Shown here: positions 28,374-37,869 of the stretch, in pieces
How positions within the stretch are numbered: the stretch's first letter is position 1
How the letters are laid out: each line of letters starts with the position of its first letter
Source: Desulfobacterales bacterium
Lineage (GTDB): Bacteria > Desulfobacterota > Desulfobacteria > Desulfobacterales > UBA5852
NCBI GenBank assembly: GCA_963674755.2
Contig: CAXXVS010000003.1
Location: 960,001-1,024,000, forward strand
Direction: 5' to 3'
Length of the DNA stretch: 64,000 bases
The notes under the pieces: model-generated
What the model was told of the DNA's origin: nothing
The model's input: only the letters and a program-made list of their open reading frames with translations
The model's database searches: none
Program-made: the position numbers and the translations under genes

Positions 28374-29129
28374 ATGCCGAATCCAAAGTTAACCCGTTCG
28401 CCGCGCCGCACGCTGTACCAGGAAGTGAAAGCCTACGTGCTGGACCTGATTCAGCGTGAAGAATGGCCCACCCACTATCAGGTGCCCTCGGAACACACCC
28501 TGGTGGAACGGCTGGGAGTCTCCCGCATGACGGTTCATCGGGCTCTGCGCGAATTGTCCAGCGAGGGCCGCCTCTACCGGGTGCAGGGGGTGGGCACCTT
28601 CGTGGCGGCCCAGAAGCCCCAGTCGGCTTTTCTGACCGTCCGCAGCATCGCCGAGGAAATCCAATGCCGGGGCGGCGTTCACAGCAGTGACGTGCTGCTG
28701 CTGCAGGAGGAGCCGGCATCGCCGGAGATTGCCGCTATCATGGGGTTGCCCCGGAAGGCCCCGGTTTTCCATTCGATATTGGTGCACAAGGATCGCGGGG
28801 TGCCGATCCAGTATGCGGAGCGGTTCGTCAATCCGGCCGTGGCACCGGAATTTCTCCAGCAGGACTTTGACCGCACGACACCCAGTGCGTATCTTCTGCG
28901 CATTGCGCCGGTGACGGAGGCGGAGCACGTGGTGGAGGCCGCACCAGTGGAGCCCGGCATCCGCAAGCTGCTTCAGATGCCTGCCCATGAACCTTGTCTG
29001 ATTCTGCACCGCACCACCTGGGTGGGCACTGCCGTCGCCACCCGCAATCGTTTTGTCTACCCGGGGTCGCGCTTTCGCATCGGCAGCCGCTTTCGCGTGA
29101 CGCCGGAGGAAGCGCATTGCGTCATTTAG
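28374..29129 (+). CDS. hutC: Histidine utilization repressor (GntR/UTRA)
   Basis: PSE..L....GVSRMTV.RAL..L, R.QGVGTFVA, TP..YL...P....EH.VEA. Confidence 0.93.
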   Translation: MPNPKLTRSPRRTLYQEVKAYVLDLIQREEWPTHYQVPSEHTLVERLGVSRMTVHRALRELSSEGRLYRVQGVGTFVAAQKPQSAFLTVRSIAEEIQCRGGVHSSDVLLLQEEPASPEIAAIMGLPRKAPVFHSILVHKDRGVPIQYAERFVNPAVAPEFLQQDFDRTTPSAYLLRIAPVTEAEHVVEAAPVEPGIRKLLQMPAHEPCLILHRTTWVGTAVATRNRFVYPGSRFRIGSRFRVTPEEAHCVI

Positions 29130-29312
29130 TATTCGTCAGGAAATGGCATCTTTTGGCCCCGGCCCGCCGCCGGTGAACAAAACTACCTTTGGCGGACAGG
29201 CCGGCGTTCTCGCCTCCTGTCGGTCCTCGGCGTAGCCGGGCTACGCCTGCGGGCGCCAGTCGGCTGCGGCCTTGCCAGGAACCAAAATCTACCATTTCCA
29301 GACGAATACTAA
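29126..29312. repeat. ERIC-like/MITE-like hairpin element, family A copy 1
   Basis: 21-bp terminal inverted repeats (20/21 paired) with TA ends; core shared with 61900-62044. Confidence 0.8.
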
Positions 29313-29340
29313 TCGGCTTTCTTACAACACCATGGGGGAT

Positions 29341-30873
29341 ATGATGGAGACCATTGCACTGGGAATGGAGGGGATGACCCTGGAGGATCTCGTGCGCATC
29401 GCCCGACAGGGCGCGGCCGTAACGCTGACCCCCGGGGCGGCGGAACGGATCCGCCGGGCCTGGGCCCTGATCCAGCGCTGGGTGGACGAGGAGCGCACGG
29501 TGTACGGCGTCACCACCGGTTTCGGGGCCCTGAGCGATGTGACCATTTCCAAGGGGGACACCCGCCAGCTGCAGCTCAACATCCTTAAAAGCCATTCCGT
29601 GGGAGTGGGCCAGCCCCTGGCCGCCGAGATCGTGCGCGCCATGATGGCCCTGCGCCTCAAGGATTTTGCCCGGGGCAATGCGGGGGTTCGTATGGAAACG
29701 GTGCAGGCCCTGGAGCGTTTGTTGAATGCCGGCGTGGTACCCCGGGTGCCTGAAAAAGGTTCCGTGGGGGCCAGCGGGGACCTGGTGCCCCTGGCCCATA
29801 TGGCGATCATCCTGATCGGCGAAGGGCAGGCGTTCATGGACGGCGCCCTCGTTACCGGGCGGGAAGCGCTGGAAGCCTGCGGTCTTACGCCTTTGGCACT
29901 GGAGGCCGGGGAAGGGTTGGCCCTCATCAACGGTACCCAGGCCATGACCGCCATCGGAGGATTGGCGGTGCACGACGCGGCCCGTCTGGCGCGCCATGCG
30001 GACCTTGCCGCCGCCATGAGTCTCGAAGTCCTGATGGGCAGCCGGACCGAGTTCGACCCCCGCATCCACCGGCTGCGCCCCCATCCCGGACAGGCCGTGG
30101 CCGCGGAGAACATGGAACGGATCACTCGCAACAGCGAGATCATCTCTTCCCACCGGGACTGCAAGCGTGTCCAGGACGCCTATACCCTGCGCTGCTCGCC
30201 CCAGGTGCACGGCGCCAGCCGGGATGCCATCGCCTATGCCCGGCAGGTGCTGGAAACCGAGATGAACAGCTCCACCGGCAATCCCCTGATCGATCCGGAA
30301 AGCGGCGTTTTCTTTCTGGGCGGCAATTTTCACGGCCAGCCCGTGGCCCTGGCCCTGGATTTCATGTGCATGGCCGTGGCCGAACTGGCCAACATCGCGG
30401 AGCGCCGCGTCGAACGGCTGGTCAATCCCAAACTAAGCGGCCTGCCCGCTTTTCTCGTCAAGGACGGGGGGCTCAATTCCGGTTTCATGATCGCCCAGTA
30501 CGTGGCCGCCGCCCTGGTGTCGGAGAACAAGGTCATGAGCCATCCGGCCGTGGTGGATTCCATCCCCACCTCCGCCAACAAGGAGGATCATGTCTCCATG
30601 GGGACAATCTCCGCCCGCAAGTGCCGGGAAGTGGTCCAGAACGCAGAGCACGTTATCGCCATCGAGCTCTTGTGCGCGGCCCAGGCCCTGGACCTTTTCA
30701 CCAACATGCAGCCCGGGGTGGGCACCCAAGCCGCCTATGAAGTGATTCGTGGTACCGTCCCCCACCTGGAAAACGATCGCATCCTGTCGGAGGATGTCCG
30801 GCGCATCGTGGGGCTGGTCCGTAGCGGGGTAATTCTGGAGGCCGTTGAAAAGGCGGCCGGAGTTGTGAGGTAG
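29341..30873 (+). CDS. hutH: Histidine ammonia-lyase
   Basis: VYGVTTGFG, MIO-forming GSVGASGDL, EGLALINGTQ, VQDAYTLRC.PQVHGA, GGNFHG and EDHVSMG. Confidence 0.96.
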   Translation: MMETIALGMEGMTLEDLVRIARQGAAVTLTPGAAERIRRAWALIQRWVDEERTVYGVTTGFGALSDVTISKGDTRQLQLNILKSHSVGVGQPLAAEIVRAMMALRLKDFARGNAGVRMETVQALERLLNAGVVPRVPEKGSVGASGDLVPLAHMAIILIGEGQAFMDGALVTGREALEACGLTPLALEAGEGLALINGTQAMTAIGGLAVHDAARLARHADLAAAMSLEVLMGSRTEFDPRIHRLRPHPGQAVAAENMERITRNSEIISSHRDCKRVQDAYTLRCSPQVHGASRDAIAYARQVLETEMNSSTGNPLIDPESGVFFLGGNFHGQPVALALDFMCMAVAELANIAERRVERLVNPKLSGLPAFLVKDGGLNSGFMIAQYVAAALVSENKVMSHPAVVDSIPTSANKEDHVSMGTISARKCREVVQNAEHVIAIELLCAAQALDLFTNMQPGVGTQAAYEVIRGTVPHLENDRILSEDVRRIVGLVRSGVILEAVEKAAGVVR

Positions 30874-30876
30874 CGC

Positions 30877-32493
30877 ATGCCAAAGATCATCGAATGTGTC
30901 CCCAATTTTTCCGAAGGCCGCCGCAAGGAGGTTATCGAGGCCATCGCCGAGGCCATCCGCGCCACGGCCGGCTGTACGCTGCTCGATGTGGATCCCGGCC
31001 GTTCCACCAACCGCACGGTTTATACCTTCGTGGGGTCGCCCCAGGCCGTGGTGGAGGGCGCCCTGGCCGGTGCCCGGGTCGCCCGCCGGCAGATCGACAT
31101 GCGCACCCACAGCGGTGAACACCCCCGCATGGGCGCTCTGGACGTGTGCCCCTTCGTGCCGGTGGCCAACGTGACGATGGATGAATGTGTGGCCGCTTCC
31201 CGGGAATTTGCCCGCCGGGCGGCGGAGGAATTGGGGATCCCGCTGTTCCTCTATGAGGACGCCGCCCAGAACCCCCATCGCAAGACCCTACCCCAGATTC
31301 GCGAGGGCGAATACGAAGGCCTGGCGGAAAGGCTCAAACAGCCGGAATGGAAGCCGGATTACGGCCCGGACCAATTCGACCCCGAATGGGGCGCCACGGT
31401 CACCGGCGCCCGCAATTTCCTGGTCGCTTACAATGTCAACATCCTCGGCACGCCCAACCAGGCCCACCGCATGGCATTGAACCTGCGCGAGGCCGGCCGC
31501 GGTCCGGATGAGCCCGGGCGCCTGAAAGCAGTCAAGGGAATGGGCTGGCTCGTGGACGACTACAATCTGGCCCAGGTGACGGTCAACCTGACCGATTTTC
31601 GCGTAACCCCGCCCCATGTGTTTTTTGAAGCGGTCAAGGAAGAAGCGGCCAAACTCCGAGTGGGCGTGGCCGGTTCGGAAATTGTGGGTCTCCTGCCTCT
31701 GGAAGCCATGCTCATGGCAGCCGATTTTTATATCGAGCGGGAAAATCTGTTTATTTACGAGGAAGACCAGAAGATTCGGCTGGTGGTGGACCGGTTAGGG
31801 CTCAATACGGTGGCTCCCTTCGATCCGGCCGAGAAGATCATCGAATATCGCGTCGCCGAAGCCCCCCGGGAGCCGCTGGCCGGCAGTACTCTGCGGGACT
31901 TCATCGAGCAGATCGCTGCCCGAACCTCCGCCCCGGGAGGCGGATCGGCGTCGGCGGCCATGGCGGCCATGGGGACGGCCCTGGGGGCCATGGTGGCCAA
32001 ACTGACCTATGGGGTCCGCAAATTCGAAGCCGTGGATGCCGCGATGCGACAGGCCATCCCGCCCCTGCACGAAGCGGTGCAGGCCCTCATCCCGATGATC
32101 GATGCCGATACCCAGGCCTTCGGCGACTATATGGACGGCGTCCGGATGCCCCGGGAAACCGAGGCCGAGCAAGCCGCCCGGCACGCCCAGATGCAGGCCG
32201 GCCTTAAAACGGCGGTGGCGGTTCCCCTGAAGACCATGCAGCTCGGGGACGGCGTCTGGGAGAGTCTGTGTGCGGTGGCCCGCCATGGCAATCCGGCCTC
32301 GGCCTCCGATGTGGAAGTGGGGGCCAAAGCCCTTGAAGCCGGCATCTGGGGCGCTTACCGTAATGTTCTCATCAACCTGCAGGACGTGGAAGATGCGGCT
32401 TTCAAGCAGGCGACCACCCGCACGGCGGAAGACCTCGTCCGGCGCGCCCATGCCAAATGCGCCGAAGTGCTGGCGCTGCTAACCTCTCGATAA
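30877..32493 (+). CDS. ftcd: Bifunctional glutamate [20 protein letters not shown]/cyclodeaminase
   Basis: ECVPNFSEG and GEHPRMGALDVCPF (FT domain) fused to APGGGS...NVLINL (CD domain); 538 aa. Confidence 0.95.
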   Translation: MPKIIECVPNFSEGRRKEVIEAIAEAIRATAGCTLLDVDPGRSTNRTVYTFVGSPQAVVEGALAGARVARRQIDMRTHSGEHPRMGALDVCPFVPVANVTMDECVAASREFARRAAEELGIPLFLYEDAAQNPHRKTLPQIREGEYEGLAERLKQPEWKPDYGPDQFDPEWGATVTGARNFLVAYNVNILGTPNQAHRMALNLREAGRGPDEPGRLKAVKGMGWLVDDYNLAQVTVNLTDFRVTPPHVFFEAVKEEAAKLRVGVAGSEIVGLLPLEAMLMAADFYIERENLFIYEEDQKIRLVVDRLGLNTVAPFDPAEKIIEYRVAEAPREPLAGSTLRDFIEQIAARTSAPGGGSASAAMAAMGTALGAMVAKLTYGVRKFEAVDAAMRQAIPPLHEAVQALIPMIDADTQAFGDYMDGVRMPRETEAEQAARHAQMQAGLKTAVAVPLKTMQLGDGVWESLCAVARHGNPASASDVEVGAKALEAGIWGAYRNVLINLQDVEDAAFKQATTRTAEDLVRRAHAKCAEVLALLTSR

Positions 32494-32546
32494 TATCGTA
32501 TAGGTATGACGCTATCCTGCATGCGCAGGAGTACCGGGAGACCATC

Positions 32547-33083
32547 GTGCGGGATGACATAGGCACTTTGCTGCAGAAATGGCGGCTGAAGGGCAAGCCG
32601 ACCCGGGAGGATTACCTTGCGGGCGCCCGGGCGTTGGAAGGCCTGCGCCGGGAAGCCCCCCGCCGGGGATTGTGGCTCAAGCCGCCCCTCATGATCACCG
32701 CCACTCTGGACGACGGTTGGGGCCATGGCCTGGACGTCATCGAGGCCTTGGCGGCGGCGGTGGGTGTTGTGGTGCATCGTTTGGGCGTGCTGCAGCGCCC
32801 TCCTGCGATTTTAGCGGCCTGCCGGGCGCAACAGGCCGACCTGCTGGGGCTTACGGTGTTGCAATTCGATTCCGATGACGACCTGAGCGAGATCACCCGC
32901 GCTCTGCCGCCGGAAACCACGCTGATCGCCGGCGGGGCGGCCTTTATCTACGATCCGGAATTCGCCGTGCGGACCGGCACCCTGCACGTGGCCCGGGATG
33001 GGGTGGCTTTTTTGAGGTTTCTGCTCGAGTTTAACCCCATCGATCGAGACGGTATTGCCGGTGGCCATCATGACGGGCGCTAA
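32547..33083 (+). CDS. Cobalamin-binding-domain-like protein with degenerate DxHxxG motif
   Basis: TATLDDGWGHGL, LG...P..I...C....DLLGLTVL and IAGG pattern of B12-binding Rossmann domains; GTG start after GGAG. Confidence 0.65.
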   Translation: MRDDIGTLLQKWRLKGKPTREDYLAGARALEGLRREAPRRGLWLKPPLMITATLDDGWGHGLDVIEALAAAVGVVVHRLGVLQRPPAILAACRAQQADLLGLTVLQFDSDDDLSEITRALPPETTLIAGGAAFIYDPEFAVRTGTLHVARDGVAFLRFLLEFNPIDRDGIAGGHHDGR

Positions 33084-34023
33084 AGAACAACGGATTCCCT
33101 CCCCGGCCTCCAATCCGGACGTCGGGTTCTGGACCGCCGCGTATATCATCTTCCTGTGCGTCCTGTTCGGCGCCAATGCCGTGGCCATCAAAGTGGCTTT
33201 CGAAGGGTTCGGCGTCTTCACGGCCGCTACGATCCGCTTCAGCGTGGCGGCCTTGGTGATTGCGTTGTGGGCGGCATCCAGCGGTCGCTCCTTCAGGCTG
33301 AAAAAGGGCCAATGGCGTTATCTGCTGATCTACGCGCTGCTGTTTACGGCGCAACTTTCCTTTTTTTTCACAGGCCTCGACAAGACCTATGCTTCCCGTG
33401 GTACGCTGCTCATCAATCTGCTGCCATTCCTGATTCTGGTCATGGCCCATTTTTTTCTTCCCAACGATCGGATCACCCGGCGCAACCTGATCGGACTGCT
33501 GTTGGGTTTCAGCGGGGTCGTCTGCGTGTTTGCGGGTAAGGAAACCTTTTCGCGGGATATTCGCATCGGGGACGGCCTGGTTCTGGCGGCCACCTTTATC
33601 TGGGCCGGCAACACGGTCTTTATCAAACGCGTTATCGACGATTTCAAACCCTTCCATATTGTTTTGTATTCCATGCTGATCGCCCTGCCTTTTTTTATAT
33701 TGGAAGCCGTTTGCTTCGATGACGTCGCCCTTAAAAGTTTTTCTTGGAGAGCCGTGCTGGGACTTGCCTACCAGACTTTCGTAACGGCTTCCTTCGGCTT
33801 CATCGCCTGGAACACACTGCTTAAAGCCTACGGTGCGGTGGCCTTGCATGCGTTTGTTTTCATCATGCCGCTGGTGGGCGTCATCCTATCCGGATGGATC
33901 CTGAACGAGCCTCTCTATCCCAATCTGTGGATGGCGCTGGTCCTCATCGTGGCGGGGATCCTGGTGGTGCATGGCAGGTCACCGGTCGGTATGGTCGTCT
34001 TCCCCCTGCGGCGCAATATGTGA
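33070..34023 (+). CDS. EamA/DMT family transporter
   Basis: About 10 TM helices in two repeats; FG.N.VAIK and L.EP motifs. Confidence 0.88.
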   Translation: MTGAKEQRIPSPASNPDVGFWTAAYIIFLCVLFGANAVAIKVAFEGFGVFTAATIRFSVAALVIALWAASSGRSFRLKKGQWRYLLIYALLFTAQLSFFFTGLDKTYASRGTLLINLLPFLILVMAHFFLPNDRITRRNLIGLLLGFSGVVCVFAGKETFSRDIRIGDGLVLAATFIWAGNTVFIKRVIDDFKPFHIVLYSMLIALPFFILEAVCFDDVALKSFSWRAVLGLAYQTFVTASFGFIAWNTLLKAYGAVALHAFVFIMPLVGVILSGWILNEPLYPNLWMALVLIVAGILVVHGRSPVGMVVFPLRRNM

Positions 34024-34120
34024 GCAAGCTTGTGCGCAATGCCGATCTCTGGTTGACGCCGATTTGTGGGCCGTGTATGGTCCGCCCTTTACTTTCCAAC
34101 CCCTATACCGGATCGCGCCC

Positions 34121-35038
34121 ATGAATTTGCGGACCTACCGTGCCGATGCCCTGCTGCTGCTCACGGCCAGCATCTGGGGCTTGGCTTTTGTGGCCCAACG
34201 GGTGGGCATGGACTACGTGGGCCCCTATACCTTCAACGGCGTACGGTTCGCCCTGGGTAGCCTGTCCCTGCTGCCTCTCATGTTCTGGATGCAGGGCCGG
34301 GAATCGAAAACGTCTTCGCAGCGCCCCCGGGCCGCTTGGCCGGTCATCCTGCGGGGTGGCGGTCTGGCCGGGCTTTTCCTCTTTGCCGGTGCTTCCCTGC
34401 AGCAGGTGGGGCTGGTGTATACCACGGCCGGCAATGCCGGTTTCATCACGGGGCTTTATGTGGTGATCGTACCCATCATGGGCTTGGCCCTGCACCAACG
34501 CACCCATGGCGGCACCTGGCTGGGAGTGCTTTTAGCGGCGGCGGGGCTTTATTTTCTCAGCATCTCGGAGACCCTGACCATCGCCTGGGGGGATTTGCTG
34601 GTGCTGGTGGGCGCCTTTTTCTGGGCGGCCCACGTACTGATTATCGGACGCCTTTCGCCCCGTATGGATGCCCTGAAGCTGGCCATCACCCAGTTTGCGG
34701 TCTGCTCCCTGCTGAGTCTCCTAACGGCCCTGGCGATCGAGACCTGGTCCTGGCAGGGCTTGCGGCAGGCTGCTGTCCCTATCTTATATGGCGGGCTGGG
34801 ATCCGTGGGGGTGGCCTATACGCTGCAGGTGGTGGCCCAGAAGGATGCCCATCCGGCCCACGCGGCCATTTTTCTCAGCATGGAAGCGGTGTTTGCGGCC
34901 CTGGGGGGATGGTGGCTGCTCCATGAGGTGTTGACGGCCCGGGCCATGTTCGGATGCGCTCTCATGCTCTCCGGCATGCTCGTCTCCCAACTGTGGGGCT
35001 TTTTCATGCGCCGACGAAGGGCGGGCTGGACGGCCTGA
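34121..35038 (+). CDS. EamA/DMT family transporter
   Basis: IWG.AFVAQ.VGM, AGNAGFITGLY and S.EAVFAALGG. Confidence 0.9.
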   Translation: MNLRTYRADALLLLTASIWGLAFVAQRVGMDYVGPYTFNGVRFALGSLSLLPLMFWMQGRESKTSSQRPRAAWPVILRGGGLAGLFLFAGASLQQVGLVYTTAGNAGFITGLYVVIVPIMGLALHQRTHGGTWLGVLLAAAGLYFLSISETLTIAWGDLLVLVGAFFWAAHVLIIGRLSPRMDALKLAITQFAVCSLLSLLTALAIETWSWQGLRQAAVPILYGGLGSVGVAYTLQVVAQKDAHPAHAAIFLSMEAVFAALGGWWLLHEVLTARAMFGCALMLSGMLVSQLWGFFMRRRRAGWTA

Positions 35039-35063
35039 GGCTTGCTCCAGGGCCGGAGGGCCA

Positions 35064-36071
35064 TCAGGCCCATTCCAGACCGGCATCCCAGAAAGCCGTG
35101 ACAGCCTCCTGATATTGCCCGATGGTTCGGGCTTTAAGAACGCGTTTGCCTGCGGCCTCGCTCTTTTGAAAACCCCGGGCGAAATACTTCCACAACCCCT
35201 TCATACGGTCGAGCAGATGCCCCGGTCCGCTCAGGCGATCCTGGTAGCGCACGAAGAGGTCGTCATGGAAGCGCCGGAAGCGCTGTGTTTTATCATCCTT
35301 GGCAAAGGGCGGCCCCGATTTCAGCAGGTGCGGTAAAAAGGGGTTGGTCAGCAGCCCCCGCCCGATCATCCAGCCCGCCACCGTCTCAAAGCGTTGTACC
35401 AACTTTTCAAAACCGGCAAGATCCGTAATATCGCCATTATAGACGACCGGATGGCGGCACTGGGCCAGGCACCAGGCGAAGGCCGCCAGATCCGGTCGGC
35501 CGGCGTACATCTGAGCCCCGGTGCGGGGATGCACGATGACGGATTCCAAGGGGTAGCGGTTGTAAATCGGCATGACGGCGCGGATTTCATCGGTCTGTCG
35601 GCGGCCCAGGCGGGTTTTGACGGACAACCGGTTGGGGATTTGCGCCAGGATCGTGTCCAGGAGACGGTCGAGTTCATCCGGCACACCGAGCAAGCCGGAT
35701 CCCCGGCCCTTGTTGGCGACCTGGGGAAAGGGGCACCCGCAATTCAGGTTGATGGTGGCATAACCCATATCGAAGAGGGTGTGTGCCAAATGAATGAAAT
35801 CCCCGGCGCTTTTGGTCAGGATCTGGGGGATGGTGGGCAGTCCACGATTGTCTTCCGGCCGCAGATCGCGCACATGGGCGGGCTTGATGCGCCGGCCGGC
35901 ATGGGTGGTGATAAAGGGGGCCACCGCCAGATCGACACCGTCGAAGTGATCGGCATAGGTACTGCGGTAGACGACGTCGGTCACCCCCCTTAAGGGCGCC
36001 ATGATGATCGGCCGGTCCGGGAGGGCCCGACTTTTGACCGCGTTAGATTCGGATTGCACTTTGGGGTCCAT
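35064..36071 (-). CDS. tRNA-dihydrouridine synthase family protein
   Basis: MAPLRGVTD, NLNCGCP, G.GSGLL, HPRT, YNGDI and MIGRG. Confidence 0.9.
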   Translation of the reverse strand: MDPKVQSESNAVKSRALPDRPIIMAPLRGVTDVVYRSTYADHFDGVDLAVAPFITTHAGRRIKPAHVRDLRPEDNRGLPTIPQILTKSAGDFIHLAHTLFDMGYATINLNCGCPFPQVANKGRGSGLLGVPDELDRLLDTILAQIPNRLSVKTRLGRRQTDEIRAVMPIYNRYPLESVIVHPRTGAQMYAGRPDLAAFAWCLAQCRHPVVYNGDITDLAGFEKLVQRFETVAGWMIGRGLLTNPFLPHLLKSGPPFAKDDKTQRFRRFHDDLFVRYQDRLSGPGHLLDRMKGLWKYFARGFQKSEAAGKRVLKARTIGQYQEAVTAFWDAGLEWA

Positions 36072-36211
36072 TCTGACAATTTAGGCGCTTCCGTCCGGCA
36101 AGTCCAGGAAGGACTTCTGCGGCGGCCGGACGCCGGCCAGTGATCCGGGCAACAGTAGACTTTTCAGGAAGGTTTGTTTTCGATATGCGCGATCAGTCTG
36201 GGGGGCACAGC

Positions 36212-37159
36212 ATGCCGGTGCGCCTGTCGTCATTGACCTGGGCCTATGTCGGGCTTGTCCTGTCGATGGTGATCTGGGCCAGCTCTTTCGTGGCCTTGAA
36301 GCTGGCCTTTCGCGCCTATGATCCCATGGTGGTGATCTTCGGCCGCATGGTCGTGGCCAGCGCCTGCTTTGCCGTTTTGATGCCACGTTTTCGCCCGGCC
36401 CAGCCCTTCCTGCGCAAAGATTGGCGCCCGCTGCTCTTCATGGCCTTCTGCGAGCCGTGTCTCTATTTCAGCTTCGAGGCCCGCGCTTTGGAATTCACCA
36501 CGGCGTCCCAGGCCGGGATGATCAGCGCCATGCTGCCCCTCATGGTGGTCGTGGGTGCCCGGCTGGTGCTTGGCGAGACCCTGACCGCCCGGACGTTAAT
36601 GGGATTTGGCGTGGCCATGTTAGGGGCCTGCTGGTTGAGTGTGGGCGGGGAGCCGTCTGCGGAAGCCCCGCGGCCTATCCTGGGGAACGTGCTCGAATTC
36701 ATGGCCATGATTTGCGCCGCAGGGTATATCGTCAGCCTGAAATGGCTGACCGCCCGCTACAGTCCATTTTTCCTGACGGCGGTACAGGCCTTTGTGGGCG
36801 CGTTTTTTTTCTTCCCGTTTCTTCTTCTGCCGTCAACCGCTCTTCCGGATCGCTTCGATCCCGTGGCGGCCGGGGCGGTCGTCTATCTGGGGGCGGCGGT
36901 GACATTAGGCGCATACGGCCTGTACAATTATGGGGTGAGCCGGATACCGGTCAGCCGGACATCCGTTTTCTTCAATCTGATCCCGATGCTCACCGTTTTG
37001 ATGGGGGCCATGATTCTGGGCGAGCGGTTTTCCACGGTCCAGTATCTTGCTTCAGGACTGGTTCTTTCAGGCATTTATCTGAGCCAGCGGGAAGGCCGCC
37101 GCAGGCCGGATAGAACGCTTCCCTCAGGTGGTTCGGCGGGCCCCCTGTCGCCCCCCTGA
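36212..37159 (+). CDS. EamA/DMT family transporter
   Basis: IWASSF.ALK, EPCLYF..E..AL..T.ASQAG and FNLIP. Confidence 0.9.
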   Translation: MPVRLSSLTWAYVGLVLSMVIWASSFVALKLAFRAYDPMVVIFGRMVVASACFAVLMPRFRPAQPFLRKDWRPLLFMAFCEPCLYFSFEARALEFTTASQAGMISAMLPLMVVVGARLVLGETLTARTLMGFGVAMLGACWLSVGGEPSAEAPRPILGNVLEFMAMICAAGYIVSLKWLTARYSPFFLTAVQAFVGAFFFFPFLLLPSTALPDRFDPVAAGAVVYLGAAVTLGAYGLYNYGVSRIPVSRTSVFFNLIPMLTVLMGAMILGERFSTVQYLASGLVLSGIYLSQREGRRRPDRTLPSGGSAGPLSPP

Positions 37160-37189
37160 CGATTGCGTGGCATAATGGGGCGGGTGGCG

Positions 37190-37798
37190 TCAGAAAAAAT
37201 TCGACAGCGACAACAGGATGAGGGCGGTGGAGAGCAGTACGCCGATCGATCCCATCAGCTTGGGATGGCGGAAGGAGAAGACGTTGACCACCTGGTTGAA
37301 AACATCCAGCCGGTCCACCAGGGGCTGGGTGGCGATCCAGGCGTTCAATCGTTTTTCGATGCGCTGCAACCGGCCGGGGGCCGTCATCAGAAACAGGCCA
37401 ATGACGACACCGAGCACACCGGCCAGCTTGCCCGTAAGGACCAGGGCATCCAAACCCATCTTCCAGAGCAGCCGTTGGGTCTCCTGACCAGGCAGGACTG
37501 CCAGCAGCCGTTGGACGTCCAGCTGAAAAAAAAGAAAGATCAGGGTGACGAAGGCGCCTAATACGAAAAGGCCTCCATAGAGGGTGGGATGTCTGTAAAT
37601 GAAGAGCTCGTTCCGAATGGTCTGGTCAAAGTAGGCCAGGCGCTCCTTGACCTGGTAGGTGCGGCTGAGAAAGGCGTCGATGCGTCGGGTGCGTTCGGGG
37701 AAAAAGATCAGCCCCAGGGATAACAACAGCCCCGCTGTTCCACTGACGATGGTCAAAATGGCCGTTGCATCGAGGAAAATTTGTGCCGTCGGACTCAT
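37190..37798 (-). CDS. Membrane protein with an internal duplication
   Basis: Two TM-linker-RHP-TM units. Confidence 0.65.
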   Translation of the reverse strand: MSPTAQIFLDATAILTIVSGTAGLLLSLGLIFFPERTRRIDAFLSRTYQVKERLAYFDQTIRNELFIYRHPTLYGGLFVLGAFVTLIFLFFQLDVQRLLAVLPGQETQRLLWKMGLDALVLTGKLAGVLGVVIGLFLMTAPGRLQRIEKRLNAWIATQPLVDRLDVFNQVVNVFSFRHPKLMGSIGVLLSTALILLSLSNFF

Positions 37799-37869
37799 GG
37801 CAGGTTCCCTGCGGACGAAAAACGGCTTAACCGATATAAAACGATAGCGACAAACGGCAGTCCCTCATT

